From Candidatus Omnitrophota bacterium (GTDB lineage: Bacteria; Omnitrophota; Omnitrophia; Omnitrophales; Aquincolibacteriaceae): DNA of 64,000 nucleotides. Below are positions 46,430 to 56,916 of this stretch, piece by piece. Below the pieces are notes generated by a model. That model was not told where the DNA came from. It worked only from the letters and a program-made list of their open reading frames with translations, and did no database searches. Numbering within the stretch: the stretch's first letter is position 1; the number at the start of each line of letters is the position of its first letter. Position numbers and translations under genes: made by a program. The stretch covers positions 7,755-71,754 of the forward strand of contig JAHQRI010000001.1 of NCBI GenBank assembly GCA_019052695.1. Direction: 5' to 3'.

Positions 46430-48130
46430 ATGACGCCCCCGAAAAAGTCCGCGTGCCTTCTGTTTGGGTTGATGTGCTGTTTTCTTTTTCCGGGTCCCGT
46501 GCTCAAGGCCGCTACCGGGGATAAGTCCATGGTGGTGACCCCAGACGCACGGGCGACGCAGGCGGGCTTGGAGGTCCTGCGGCAGGGGGGGAACGCGATT
46601 GACGCCGCGATCGCGGCCCAGTGGGTCCTGAACGTTGTGCAGCCGCAGGCGTCCGGGATCGGCGGCAGCGGGCAGATCTTGCTCTATGACGCACCGATGC
46701 GGCGCATCCTCTATTACGACGGGAACACTCGTGCTCCCGGAGAAGCCTCGCGGGGTCTCTTTCTGGATGGTCAAGGGAGACTGCCGCCTTATCGGCCCGA
46801 TCGGAACACGGGGGGCCTCCCCGTGGGAGTGCCTGGGTTACTCAAGTTGCTCCAGGAGATCCATTTCCAATACGGTACTAAAAAGTTTACCTTTGAGGAA
46901 CTTTTTGACCCCGCTATCCGTATGGCCGAGGAAGGCGTTGAGGTTTGCGGACCTCTTGCTCAGGCCCTGCGGGAAGAGACGTCGCGACTTTCTTTGTCCC
47001 CGATCTCAAAGAAGGACCTCTCTGGGGACAATGGACAACCTCTCGAGGAAGGACAGAAGTTTTTCCAGCCGGAACTTGCGAAAACGTTGCGTCTGATCCA
47101 GGGGAACGGCACGGGGGTCTTCTATAAGGGAGAGATCGCCGAAGCGATGGTCCGGACGGTCCGGAACGATCCTTACGCCCCGGGGGTTTTAAGTCTTCGC
47201 GACCTTGAAAAATATGCCGCCGTCCGGCGGGATCCCGTTCACGGGAACTACCACGGGTATGACCTTTTTAGTCTCGGGGCGCCCGCTTCCGGAGGCATCC
47301 TGCTGCTCCGTGGGCTCAATGTGCTTTCCTCCTTTGACGTGTCAGGCCTTGGGAGGACCACGGACATTTTCCATTTACTGGAGGAGGTCCAAAAGATCGC
47401 CTTGACGAACCGCGCGGCGATCGCGGACCCGGATTTTTTCAACATTCCCGAGAAAGAACTTTTATCGCAAGCCTGGGCGAAGGCCAAAGCGGGATCGATC
47501 CAGCTCGACAAAGCGTCGAAAGAGAATGTAACTCCCAACCCGGCGCTTGAAAGCATGAAAAGACCCGCGCGTGCGTCGATCCTCGCAGCGGACGCTCAAG
47601 GGAACCGGGTGATCTTGTCGTCATCGCTCGGGGACGCGTTCGGGTCGGCGATCAAGGTCCCGGGGTACGGGTTCTTTCTGAACAATTCACTGACGGATTT
47701 TGACGCGGACCTGGCGAGCGTGAACGATCCGGGAGCCGCGAATGTCGTGGCTCCCGATCAAAGGCCGCGGAACGCCGCCGCTCCGCTTTTCGCGTTCAAG
47801 GAAGGGCGTTTTGCGCTCATGCTGGATGCCTACGGGCCCGACGAGCCGGCCGCCGTACTTCTGAACCTGATCATCCTCAAACTCGATCTCGGAGTGACCT
47901 GTGAAAAGGCTTTAGCGGCACCGCGTCTCGTTGACGCGGGAGGGATCACCCAGATCGAATCCGAACTTTACGATGACGGGTTGGTCCGTACCTTCCTCGA
48001 ACTTTCGGGGCAGACGGTCGAGAAAAAGGAAGATCTGGGGCGGGTCCAGATGATCTTCTTTGAAAAGGATACGGGGAAAATGATCGGCGGAAGCGACCCG
48101 CGGGGGGCCGGGGAAGCGGCGGGATTTTGA
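46430..48130 (+). CDS. ggt: gamma-glutamyltransferase family protein
   Basis: Signal peptide. DAAIAAQWVLNVVQPQASGIGGSG. C-terminal GYGFFLNNSLTDF matches the GGT small-subunit core. Confidence 0.75.
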   Translation: MTPPKKSACLLFGLMCCFLFPGPVLKAATGDKSMVVTPDARATQAGLEVLRQGGNAIDAAIAAQWVLNVVQPQASGIGGSGQILLYDAPMRRILYYDGNTRAPGEASRGLFLDGQGRLPPYRPDRNTGGLPVGVPGLLKLLQEIHFQYGTKKFTFEELFDPAIRMAEEGVEVCGPLAQALREETSRLSLSPISKKDLSGDNGQPLEEGQKFFQPELAKTLRLIQGNGTGVFYKGEIAEAMVRTVRNDPYAPGVLSLRDLEKYAAVRRDPVHGNYHGYDLFSLGAPASGGILLLRGLNVLSSFDVSGLGRTTDIFHLLEEVQKIALTNRAAIADPDFFNIPEKELLSQAWAKAKAGSIQLDKASKENVTPNPALESMKRPARASILAADAQGNRVILSSSLGDAFGSAIKVPGYGFFLNNSLTDFDADLASVNDPGAANVVAPDQRPRNAAAPLFAFKEGRFALMLDAYGPDEPAAVLLNLIILKLDLGVTCEKALAAPRLVDAGGITQIESELYDDGLVRTFLELSGQTVEKKEDLGRVQMIFFEKDTGKMIGGSDPRGAGEAAGF

Positions 48131-48214
48131 CGAAGAAGCAGCGCGCGTCGGGCGGTTGTCGTTCTTCTTACGGATTTTGTGGCAAAAAGAAACAGAACGA
48201 GGGTTATCTGGGCA

Positions 48215-48748
48215 CGAATGAAAATGATCCTTTACCAGGGAAAGTATCTTGACTTGATCCGGGAAGACAACTGGGAATATGTCAAAAGGACCAATTGCAG
48301 CGGGATCGTGGTCGTAGTGGCGGTCACGCGGGACGGTAAGGCGATTTTTGTGGAACAATTCCGCCGGCCGGTCTGCGCCCAGGTGATCGAATGGCCCGCG
48401 GGGCTCGTGAACGATAAGACCCCGCACGATCCCGAGAGCATGGAGACAGCAGGTCGCCGGGAACTTTTGGAGGAAACGGGCTATGAGGCCGTAAAGATGA
48501 CCTGGCTCGCGGAAGGCCCCGTCTCAAGCGGCCTGAGCGCCGAGGTCATCACTTTTTACCGGGCTGATGGCGTTGTCAGAAAGGGGCCGGGGGGTGGCGA
48601 TGAGACGGAATCGATCAAGGTCCATGAAGTTCCGTTGTCGGAAGCGGACCTTTGGCTCCGGGACATGGCGAAGAAAGGGTCCCTTGTCGACCCGAAGGTC
48701 TACGTCGGACTTTATTTTCTGAAATCTCAAAATCAAAACAACGTTTAA
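48215..48748 (+). CDS. NUDIX hydrolase
   Basis: Nudix box AGRRELLEETGYEA. Confidence 0.75.
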   Translation, partial: RMKMILYQGKYLDLIREDNWEYVKRTNCSGIVVVVAVTRDGKAIFVEQFRRPVCAQVIEWPAGLVNDKTPHDPESMETAGRRELLEETGYEAVKMTWLAEGPVSSGLSAEVITFYRADGVVRKGPGGGDETESIKVHEVPLSEADLWLRDMAKKGSLVDPKVYVGLYFLKSQNQNNV

Positions 48749-48827
48749 CGTCCGCCTGTCAGTGAGAAAGGCGGAGCGCGCTGGGAATCTTGAGCGCCGG
48801 ACGTTAGGCGCTGAGCGAGGATTGATT

Positions 48828-49223
48828 ATGGCCGAGATCACGATCTATCAAAAACCGACCTGCAGTACCTGCAAGGAAGTCTTTCAGGCCCTCAAAGAGG
48901 CCAACGCCGACTTTGAGGCCGTGGATTACTTCACGGACCCGATCCCGAAAGCCAAACTCAAGGAACTGATCCAGAAGCTCGGGCTCCCCGTCGAAGAGCT
49001 GATCCGCAAAAAAGACCAGCTCTTCAAGGACCTGCGGCTCGGTGAAAAGCAGCTTTCCGAGGGGCAGTGGCTCGATCTCTTGGCCATTTATCCTGACCTG
49101 CTCCAGCGGCCGATCGTGGAAAAAGGGGACAAGGCGATCGTCGCCCGGCCTGCCCGCAGGATCAAAGAATTCCTTGATTCCTTCGCCCCTCAGCCGTCGT
49201 CCCCCGGATCCCAGCCGGTTTGA
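48828..49223 (+). CDS. ArsC/Spx family protein
   Basis: ITIYQKPTCSTCKEV shows a CxxC/thioredoxin-like fold start. Confidence 0.65.
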   Translation: MAEITIYQKPTCSTCKEVFQALKEANADFEAVDYFTDPIPKAKLKELIQKLGLPVEELIRKKDQLFKDLRLGEKQLSEGQWLDLLAIYPDLLQRPIVEKGDKAIVARPARRIKEFLDSFAPQPSSPGSQPV

Positions 49224-49320
49224 ACGGACGGCGCGTCCGAACCCGCTTGAGATGCGGGTCCCTTTTCGCTACAATAGCGCCTCGCCGAGCCGTGACGGCA
49301 TCCCCAAAAGGAGGATCACT

Positions 49321-50007
49321 ATGAACGACCAGGATTATCGCCCGTTCGCGTCATCTCATGAAATGGTCTTTTCGACCTTTATGCAGCGTGTCTATCAGTG
49401 GATGGCGATCGGGCTGACACTGACGGCTTTTGTCGCCTTTATGACGGTACGTAACGCCGGTCTTATGAGGTTCCTTTTCGGCGGAGGGATGTTCTTTTTG
49501 GTGCTTGTGGAGCTCGGGTTGGTCTTCTGGTTGAGCGCGAGCCTTGGCCGTATCTCCCCGCAAGCGGCGGTTCTGGGGTTCCTGAGCTATGCCACCCTCA
49601 ACGGTATCACGATGGCGGCGATCCTTTTTATGTATACGGCGGCGTCGGTGGCTTCCACGTTCTTTATTACGGCCGCGACCTTTGCCGGGGTCAGCGTCTA
49701 TGGTTGGGTGACGAAGCAGGACCTGACCTCGGTCGGACATTTTTGCGGTATGGCGCTATGGGGGCTGATCCTCGCGAGCGTTGTGAACCTTTTCTTCAAC
49801 GCGCCCGTATTTTACTGGCTGCTCTCCTACGCCGGCGTAGCGATCTTTGTGGGACTGACAGCCTACGACACCCAGTATCTTAAGAGGATTCACCAGGGCA
49901 TGGCGGACGCGCCGGAACAGCTTGCGGTCTACGGGGCGTTAAAGCTCTATCTGGATTTCATCAATATGTTCATTTTTCTGCTCCGCATTTTCGGCAGGCG
50001 GCGTTAA
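49321..50007 (+). CDS. Bax inhibitor-1/YccA family membrane protein
   Basis: AAAGGAGG RBS. Seven hydrophobic helices. C-terminal YDTQYLKRI. Confidence 0.7.
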   Translation: MNDQDYRPFASSHEMVFSTFMQRVYQWMAIGLTLTAFVAFMTVRNAGLMRFLFGGGMFFLVLVELGLVFWLSASLGRISPQAAVLGFLSYATLNGITMAAILFMYTAASVASTFFITAATFAGVSVYGWVTKQDLTSVGHFCGMALWGLILASVVNLFFNAPVFYWLLSYAGVAIFVGLTAYDTQYLKRIHQGMADAPEQLAVYGALKLYLDFINMFIFLLRIFGRRR

Positions 50008-50009
50008 AC

Positions 50010-50060
50010 GTGCGCAACGGACAGATGACGCATGTTCTGATTTTTCTTTGCGTTGGGCGG
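50010..50060 (+). repeat. degenerate CGCAACG heptamer hairpin element
   Basis: gtgcgcaacgg ... gcgttgggcgg immediately after the stop. Overlaps the RBS of the ABC ATPase gene. Confidence 0.4.
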
Positions 50061-50068
50061 AGGCAAAC

Positions 50069-50821
50069 ATGATTGACGTTCAATTTCTCACGATGCATTA
50101 CGGTCCGGTGGTCGCGCTGGACCGGTTATCTTTTCAAGCGAATCCCGGTGAGGTCCTGGGACTTCTGGGACCCAACGGGGCCGGAAAAACCACCGCGATG
50201 AGGATTCTCACGACCTATTTGTATCCGACCTCCGGGACCGCGCTCGTGGACGGTATCGATATTCGTGAGAATCCGGTGGAGGCCCGCAAGCGCACCGGCT
50301 ACCTTCCCGAGACCGTGCCGCTTTACGGAGATATGCAGGTGGATGAATATCTGTCTTTTGTAGGGAAAGCGCGCGGGTTGCGGGGAAAGCGCCTTGCGGA
50401 GCGCATGGAATGGGTGAAAGAGGCCTGCCAGCTGAAGAAGGTCTGGAAACATTTTCTCTCCGAACTTTCCAAGGGCTTCGGGCAGCGGACGGGTCTCGCG
50501 CAAGCGCTGATCCACGACCCGAAGGTTCTGATCCTCGACGAACCGACTTCGGGGCTCGATCCGATCCAGATCATTGAGATCCGGGCGCTGATCAAAAGTC
50601 TCGCGAAAGAAAAGACCGTCATTTTCTCCACGCACATCTTACAGGAGGTCGAAGTGCTCGCGGACCGGATCGTCATCCTCAACGAGGGGAAACGGGTGGC
50701 GCAGGGGACGAAACGGGAACTAGCCTTAGGGTTCGCATCTCAGGGGAAAGACCCGCAAACGATGAGTCTGGAAGAGATCTTCATCCAGTTTCTGGCACCG
50801 CAGAAAGCAGGGGTTTTATGA
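50069..50821 (+). CDS. ABC transporter ATP-binding protein (GldA-like)
   Basis: Walker A GPNGAGKTT. LSKGFGQR signature. Walker B ILDEPTSGLD. Confidence 0.85.
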   Translation: MIDVQFLTMHYGPVVALDRLSFQANPGEVLGLLGPNGAGKTTAMRILTTYLYPTSGTALVDGIDIRENPVEARKRTGYLPETVPLYGDMQVDEYLSFVGKARGLRGKRLAERMEWVKEACQLKKVWKHFLSELSKGFGQRTGLAQALIHDPKVLILDEPTSGLDPIQIIEIRALIKSLAKEKTVIFSTHILQEVEVLADRIVILNEGKRVAQGTKRELALGFASQGKDPQTMSLEEIFIQFLAPQKAGVL

Positions 50822-53322
50822 GAGGGCCGGGGAACCTTGCCACGATCCTGAACCGTGAGCTTGCCGCGTATTTCAATTCGGCGATTGCCTATATTTTTAT
50901 GATCATTTTCGCGCTTCTCAACGGGGGGCTGTTCATGACCCAGTTCTTCCTGATGGGGCGCCTTGACATGAAGGCCCTTTTCTATACGCTGCCTTTCCTC
51001 CTGGCGGTCTTCCTGCCCGCCGTGTCCATGCGCCTGTGGGCCGAGGAGAAGCGGGGAAACACCCAGGAGCTCTTGCTGACCTTCCCTATGCAGCCGCACG
51101 AGCTTGTGCTCGGGAAATTTTTAGCGAGCTTCCTTTTCTATCTGGCGGCCCTAGCCTGCACGTTCCCCGTGCCCGTGATGCTCGCGGTCCTCGGCCGTCC
51201 CGACCTGGGGGCCATTGTCGGAGGGTATGTGGGGGCGGCGTTCCTTGGGGGATTTTTCCTCGCGCTGGGGACGTTGATCTCGGGGTTCTGCCGAGACCAG
51301 ATCGTTTCGTTCGTGCTTTCGATGATGGTCTGCTTCGGGCTTTTCCTTGCGGGGACGGAATATGTGGCCGCCTCGCTGGACGGCTGGGTCCCCGGGGTGG
51401 GGACGTTCCTTCGGCATTTTCTCGGTGCCGGAGATCATTACGTCGCTTTCGCGAAAGGCGTGATCGACAACCGTGACGTGGTCTATTTTGTTCTCGGGGG
51501 CGCCGTGGCGTTGGTGCTCAACGGGTTCTGGATCGAGGGCCGCATGCGTCCGAAGGCGAAGTCGATCTTTGCGACCGCGGCGCTGATCTGCGCCGGGATC
51601 TTTCTGGCAGGCAACTGGCTCGTCTCTGGGTTGCCGCTCGGCCGTTTCGACCTGAGCACAAGCCAGATGTACACGGTTTCACCCGCTACGAAAAAGATCC
51701 TGCGAGGACTGCCGACCCCCGCGACCGCGAAATTCTACGTATCGTCCGCAGACAAAATGCCGACCTCGATGAAGATGCTTGAGCAAGATGTGCGCGACAA
51801 GCTGGAGGAACTGCGCGTCGCTTCGGGGGGGACGTTCCAATATAAGGTCTATCATATGGATGCCGCGGACGTAATGGAGAAAGCGGAAAAGGGACCGGAC
51901 TCTTTCGGGGAGCAGCTTTCCAAGAAGGGGATCATGCCGTTCCAGGTGGAATCCATCCAGTCCGATGAATTGGGGGTCCGCTTGGTATATTCCGGCATGA
52001 CGCTTTCCTATAAGGAAAAGGCTGAGGAGGCGATCGCGCGGGTCGTTCCCGGAAACCTTCACGAGCTCGAGTACTCGATCATCTCCAAACTTTATCGCAT
52101 GACCTTACCGGAGGTGCCCAAGATCGCGCTGGCGGCCCCCTTTGAAGAACGGTCGCTCGATCCCAACATTATGGCGCTGCTCCAGCAGTTGGGGGGCGGG
52201 CAGGTTCCGCCGAGCTATCGCGAGGACCCTTATGAGTTCCTCCAGATGGGCTTGGAGTACGAGGGCTATCCGGTCAATCGGTTCTCCCTGGAAAAAGAAA
52301 AGATCATTCCCGAGGGGACGAAGACGTTAGCGCTTCTCGAACCGAGCGCGTTGGACGAACGCCAGAAATACGAGATCAATCGTTTCCTCTGCCAGGGAGG
52401 ATCGGTCTTCATGGCGGTCCAGAACTATGAGTTCCAATATAAGCCGGAGGACGACGGGTCGTTGCTGCTGGTGCCGGAACCCAAGGATCCGGGGATCAAC
52501 GATCTGCTCGGGGCTTGGGGATTCCAGGTCGACCCGGAGGTTCTCGGCGACGCGCAAAGCGAATCGATCAACCTTTCGGGCGGCGGACGGGCGGCGCTTT
52601 TCGGGATGACCATCCCCGTCAAATTGCCGGTCCAGATCCTTTTGTCGGACGCGGAAATGAACCCCGCGGTCTCGATCACATCGCGGCTTTCTGCCTTCTT
52701 TTATCTCTGGGGCAGCGCGTTGAAGGTCGATCCGGTCAAGGTCCAGTCGCAGCGGTTGAGCGTGGAGACCCTACTCACTTCCAGCCGGCAGTCCTGGACG
52801 GTCCCGCTCGAAGCGACGGGAATGTCGCCGGAACTTTTATCGCAGAAACCTTCCAGTCCGAAAGGTCCGTTCCCGCTCGCGATCCTCGTGCAGGGGCAAT
52901 TTGCCGATGCCTTCGAGGGCAAGAAGGTCCCGGCGCTGGCACTGGCCGGGGAAGAGCAGCAAAGTTCGGCCGCGGCTCCCGCTCCCCAGGAAGAGGTCGC
53001 GCCCCCGCTCGATCTCCGTCCGGGAAAACTGCTTTTGATCGGGGCCGCAACGCCTTTTCAGAAACAATTGATCAGGGCAGGCGGGCATTTGAATTTTTTC
53101 TTGAATGCGATCGATATCCTGACCCTCGGAGATGCCCTGATCGGGGTCCGGTCCAAAGGGCCCGTCAACCAGGTGCTGCCTAAGGTGTCGGTGGCCGCGA
53201 AGCTGGGGTGGCGGGTCTTTGTGATGTTCTTCGTGCCCGTTTTGATCGCCGCTTTTGGTTTTCTCCGGGCGTCCTGGCGGCGCCGCAGTAAACAAAGCTA
53301 CTTAAAACATTTGAACGCTTAA
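50818..53322 (+). CDS. fused ABC-2 permease (GldF-like) and GldG-like periplasmic/membrane component
   Basis: About 240-aa 6-TM ABC-2 region, then about 590-aa GldG-type domain ending in a TM helix. Start overlaps the ATPase stop. Confidence 0.6.
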   Translation: MRGPGNLATILNRELAAYFNSAIAYIFMIIFALLNGGLFMTQFFLMGRLDMKALFYTLPFLLAVFLPAVSMRLWAEEKRGNTQELLLTFPMQPHELVLGKFLASFLFYLAALACTFPVPVMLAVLGRPDLGAIVGGYVGAAFLGGFFLALGTLISGFCRDQIVSFVLSMMVCFGLFLAGTEYVAASLDGWVPGVGTFLRHFLGAGDHYVAFAKGVIDNRDVVYFVLGGAVALVLNGFWIEGRMRPKAKSIFATAALICAGIFLAGNWLVSGLPLGRFDLSTSQMYTVSPATKKILRGLPTPATAKFYVSSADKMPTSMKMLEQDVRDKLEELRVASGGTFQYKVYHMDAADVMEKAEKGPDSFGEQLSKKGIMPFQVESIQSDELGVRLVYSGMTLSYKEKAEEAIARVVPGNLHELEYSIISKLYRMTLPEVPKIALAAPFEERSLDPNIMALLQQLGGGQVPPSYREDPYEFLQMGLEYEGYPVNRFSLEKEKIIPEGTKTLALLEPSALDERQKYEINRFLCQGGSVFMAVQNYEFQYKPEDDGSLLLVPEPKDPGINDLLGAWGFQVDPEVLGDAQSESINLSGGGRAALFGMTIPVKLPVQILLSDAEMNPAVSITSRLSAFFYLWGSALKVDPVKVQSQRLSVETLLTSSRQSWTVPLEATGMSPELLSQKPSSPKGPFPLAILVQGQFADAFEGKKVPALALAGEEQQSSAAAPAPQEEVAPPLDLRPGKLLLIGAATPFQKQLIRAGGHLNFFLNAIDILTLGDALIGVRSKGPVNQVLPKVSVAAKLGWRVFVMFFVPVLIAAFGFLRASWRRRSKQSYLKHLNA

Positions 53323-53336
53323 CGCAATCTTTTCTT

Positions 53337-54374
53337 ATGAAACCGAAACAGATCATTGTTCTGTCGATCATCCTGGGCATCCTTGTGGCTGGGGTCTTGT
53401 TCAAGAGCGCTCTCCGGGGACAAGATCCCCGGACCGTCCGGGGGCCATGGTCCGATGAGAAGTCTCTTTTAGACTTTGAACCGGCGAAGGTTGAGGGGAT
53501 CTACCTGGAGCGTCGGGGGAAGTCAGTCCCGCCGGTGTCGTTGGTCCGAAAGGACGTCGGGTGGACCGTGGCAAGCCGCTGGGATGTTCTTGCTGACGAA
53601 AGCAGAGTGGTCCGTTTTCTCGAGAAGTTACGGGACCTTCGCGGTGAACTGCGCGCGACGGGGGATCGTTTCTACGGGGATTTTGGGATCGGGGATGCCG
53701 AAGCGTTCACGGCGCAACTGACGGGGAAGGACGGCGCGGCACTGTTGGACCTGCGGATCGGTACGAAACGGGCGGGCCGGGAAGGTTATTTTCTGCGGCG
53801 GGCGGGCACAGACACGATCTACTTGACGGAGACGGACCTGGGTGAGTTGCTTGGCATTTTCACGGATCTTTCCGAAGCGGCACCTTCCGCGGACCCCTGG
53901 GTCGACCTCTCTCTCTTCGAACTTCCGGTCGATGAGGTGGTTTCGGTCGTCATCGAACGGGACAGGATGCCCGTCTTGGGGATCCGGCGGGGCACGGGCG
54001 GGGAGGGAGCCACAGAGAACGCGTGGAGTTTTGTCCGGACGGGGACTCCCGCGAAAACAGTGGATCCTGACAAAGCACTTCATCTTTTAGTGGCGTTCAA
54101 CAGTATTAGGGCACAGAAGGTGGTGGACCCCAAGTCCGGGGACCATGGGTTGAACGCTCCCGTCCTCGAGATCACGGTCACCCGGAAAGAGCGGGGAGAG
54201 GTCCGCGTGACGGTGGGGGCCAAGGATGCAAAGGAGGACGCTTATTTTGTGAAGATCTCCGGTCGCCCGGGCATTTTTAAACTGAGCGCGGACGATTTCC
54301 AGGAACTCGACATCACGGACGAACGTCTTGTCCGGGAAACACCTTCCGCAAAAGAAGCGCCCAAGGTTCCGTGA
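53337..54374 (+). CDS. DUF4340-like protein, partner of the GldG system
   Basis: N-terminal TM helix. Position immediately after GldG is typical of that family. Confidence 0.45.
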   Translation: MKPKQIIVLSIILGILVAGVLFKSALRGQDPRTVRGPWSDEKSLLDFEPAKVEGIYLERRGKSVPPVSLVRKDVGWTVASRWDVLADESRVVRFLEKLRDLRGELRATGDRFYGDFGIGDAEAFTAQLTGKDGAALLDLRIGTKRAGREGYFLRRAGTDTIYLTETDLGELLGIFTDLSEAAPSADPWVDLSLFELPVDEVVSVVIERDRMPVLGIRRGTGGEGATENAWSFVRTGTPAKTVDPDKALHLLVAFNSIRAQKVVDPKSGDHGLNAPVLEITVTRKERGEVRVTVGAKDAKEDAYFVKISGRPGIFKLSADDFQELDITDERLVRETPSAKEAPKVP

Positions 54375-55165
54375 GACCCTATCTCGATCTTTTGAGCCAT
54401 ATTCTGAAGCACGGTACGGAAAAAAAGGACCGCACGGGTGTCGGGACCCTTAGCACCTTCGGTTACCAGATGCGGGTCGACCTCACCGCGGGGTTCCCAC
54501 TTTTGACCACCAAAAAGGTCCATCTCAAATCCGTCATTTACGAGCTTCTTTGGATGTTGCGGGGGGATACGAATGTCCGGTTCCTGCGGGAGAACGGTGT
54601 CACCATCTGGGATGAGTGGGCGGACGCACAGGGAGAGCTCGGCCCGGTTTATGGCGCCCAGTGGCGGCATTGGAAAAGGCCCGACGGGACCTTCGTGGAC
54701 CAGATTGAACAGGCCGTATCCCTGATCCGAAAAAACCCCGACAGCCGGCGGATCATTGTGAGCGCCTGGAACCCGGGCGAGATCGAGCAAATGGCGTTGC
54801 CGCCTTGCCACGCGTTCTTCCAATTCTACGTGCTGAACGGTAAGCTTTCCTGCCAGCTCTACCAGCGCAGTGCGGACGTCTTTTTAGGAGTGCCGTTCAA
54901 TATCGCTTCGTACTCTCTTCTGACGATGATGATGGCGCGGGTCACGGGGCTCGTCCCCGGGGATTTTATTCACACGTTCGGTGATGTGCACATTTACTGG
55001 AACCACCGGGAGCAGGTCGCGTTGCAACTGTCGCGTGAACCGCGCCCCTTACCGCGCCTGATCCTGAACCCTGACGTTAAAGACATTTTTGATTTCGAAT
55101 TCGAAGATATGACACTGGAGGGGTACGACCCCCATCCTGCGATCAAAGCGCCCGTTGCCGTTTAA
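54371..55165 (+). CDS. thyA: thymidylate synthase
   Basis: Catalytic region [13 protein letters not shown]. 264 aa. Confidence 0.9.
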   Translation: MRPYLDLLSHILKHGTEKKDRTGVGTLSTFGYQMRVDLTAGFPLLTTKKVHLKSVIYELLWMLRGDTNVRFLRENGVTIWDEWADAQGELGPVYGAQWRHWKRPDGTFVDQIEQAVSLIRKNPDSRRIIVSAWNPGEIEQMALPPCHAFFQFYVLNGKLSCQLYQRSADVFLGVPFNIASYSLLTMMMARVTGLVPGDFIHTFGDVHIYWNHREQVALQLSREPRPLPRLILNPDVKDIFDFEFEDMTLEGYDPHPAIKAPVAV

Positions 55166-55173
55166 ACGGTACC

Positions 55174-55233
55174 ACGCGCAACGGGCAACGGAAAACAAAG
55201 AGACAAGACGTTGCGTATGGCGCGTTGTGCGCC
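55174..55233 (+). repeat. CGCAACG heptamer hairpin element between thyA and folA
   Basis: cacgcgcaacgggcaacg ... cgttgcgtatggcgcgttgtgcgcc. Confidence 0.6.
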
Positions 55234-55253
55234 GAAAGTTCTTAGGAGGCCCT

Positions 55254-55733
55254 GTGCTTTACCATATCGTGGCGGTTGGGAACCGGCGGGTGATCGGGAA
55301 CGGGAACCGGCTTCCCTGGCACTTTTCCAATGACCTACAGCATTTCAAAAGAACGACCACGGGTCAGACCGTGATCATGGGGTTGAAAACGTTCGAAAGC
55401 CTCGGCTGCAAGCCCCTTCCCGGCCGCCAGAACATCATTTTGGACCGCAGCGGCCGGAACCCGTATCCGGGCCAGACTTATTTCACTTCCCTGGAGGACG
55501 CTTTGCGGAGCGTCAAAACAGAGCATGCTTTTATCATCGGTGGGGCGGAGCTTTACCGGACCTCGATCGAGCGCGCGGACGGGATCTACCTGACCCGGAT
55601 CCACGCTGACTATGAGGGCGACGTTTTCTATCCCGAGATCCCGCCGGCCTTCGCGGAAAAATCGCGTTCCAAACTGCAGGATAATCCGCTCCTCGAAGTC
55701 GTCTACTACGAGAAGACCGGGGCCAGAGGCTAG
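55254..55733 (+). CDS. folA: dihydrofolate reductase
   Basis: AGGAGG plus GTG start. VIGNGNRLPWHFSNDLQHFK carries the catalytic Asp. VIMGLKTFESLG. Confidence 0.8.
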   Translation: MLYHIVAVGNRRVIGNGNRLPWHFSNDLQHFKRTTTGQTVIMGLKTFESLGCKPLPGRQNIILDRSGRNPYPGQTYFTSLEDALRSVKTEHAFIIGGAELYRTSIERADGIYLTRIHADYEGDVFYPEIPPAFAEKSRSKLQDNPLLEVVYYEKTGARG

Positions 55734-55804
55734 GGACCCGGAGAAAGAACGACCCGAAAAATCGAAAAATGTGGCCTGGGGATCGAGTCCCCGGACAAGG
55801 AATA

Positions 55805-56311
55805 ATGCTTTATCAGGTTGTTGCGGTAGCAAAAAATCACGTGATCGGAAAAAGCGGCGAACTCCCCTGGGATTTCGGCGTGATCCCGGCCTATTTCAAA
55901 GAGATCGTTTCGGGGGGGACCCTGATCTTGGGACGCAAGACCTGGGAGGGGGTGGGGAGGTCCTTCCCGCAAGGAGCCTGTTTTGTTCTGAGCAAGACGT
56001 GTTTCGGTGACGACCGGGATCCGCGTTACTTCGAATCACTGGGGGAGGCCCTGAACGCCGTTAGAACGAAGGATATTTTCATCGGCGGGGGTGGGGATCT
56101 TTACCGCCAGACGGTTGCTTTCGTGGACGGCATCCATTGTGTCCGGATCGACAAGGATTATGACGGCGATGTTTTTTATCCGCCTGTCCCGGGTTCGTTC
56201 GTTGAGCGCTCCCGTGTCTTGCTGCAACGAAGGCCCCGGATTGAGGGCTTTTTTTACGAAAGCAAGCCTGCTGCAAAATGCTGCTGTCGTGCGAAAGAGC
56301 AAAAACCATGA
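55805..56311 (+). CDS. DHFR-like paralog lacking the catalytic Asp
   Basis: VIGKSGELPWDFGVIPAYFKEI has I-P where the paralog has N-D. LILGRKTWEGVG is conserved. Confidence 0.55.
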   Translation: MLYQVVAVAKNHVIGKSGELPWDFGVIPAYFKEIVSGGTLILGRKTWEGVGRSFPQGACFVLSKTCFGDDRDPRYFESLGEALNAVRTKDIFIGGGGDLYRQTVAFVDGIHCVRIDKDYDGDVFYPPVPGSFVERSRVLLQRRPRIEGFFYESKPAAKCCCRAKEQKP

Positions 56312-56916
56312 GCGGCGCTGAAGCCCCTTCCCTGTACTTTAAACAGATTCCCGTCGGTTACATGCAGAACTTCGCCTATTTGATCGGGGACAAAAAGACC
56401 GGGGAGTGCGCCGTAGTGGACCCTGCCTGGGACGTCGACGCGGTCCTTCGGGAGGCGGAAGCGGACGGTATGAAGGTCGTCGCGTGCGTTCTCACCCACA
56501 CACATTTCGACCACTGCAACGGTGTCGAAACGCTGGTCGAACGGACGGGCGCGAAGGTCTATGTCCATGAGAAAGAAGCTCCATACCTCAAGGAGCTCAA
56601 GCCGTATTTGGTCCTGACACGCGAGGGGTCGACCCTGAAGATCGGGTTATTCGCCATGACCTTTCTGCACACGCCGGGCCACACCGAGGGGTCCCAGTGT
56701 CTTCTTGTGGGGGACCGGCTGGTGACAGGGGACACGCTGTTCGTTGGCGCATGCGGCCGCTGTGATCTCCCGGGGGGCGACGGGAGGAAAATGCAGGAAA
56801 GTCTCAAACGCCTCGCGGGTCTCGACGCGTCGCTCAAGGTCTATCCGGGTCATGCTTACGGCGAGCCGTCCTCGACGATCGGCGAGCAAAAACGGACAAA
56901 TCCATTTATGAAATAG
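56308..56916 (+). CDS. MBL-fold metallo-hydrolase (glyoxalase II-like)
   Basis: THTHFDHCNG matches HxHxDH. Confidence 0.7.
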   Translation: MSGAEAPSLYFKQIPVGYMQNFAYLIGDKKTGECAVVDPAWDVDAVLREAEADGMKVVACVLTHTHFDHCNGVETLVERTGAKVYVHEKEAPYLKELKPYLVLTREGSTLKIGLFAMTFLHTPGHTEGSQCLLVGDRLVTGDTLFVGACGRCDLPGGDGRKMQESLKRLAGLDASLKVYPGHAYGEPSSTIGEQKRTNPFMK

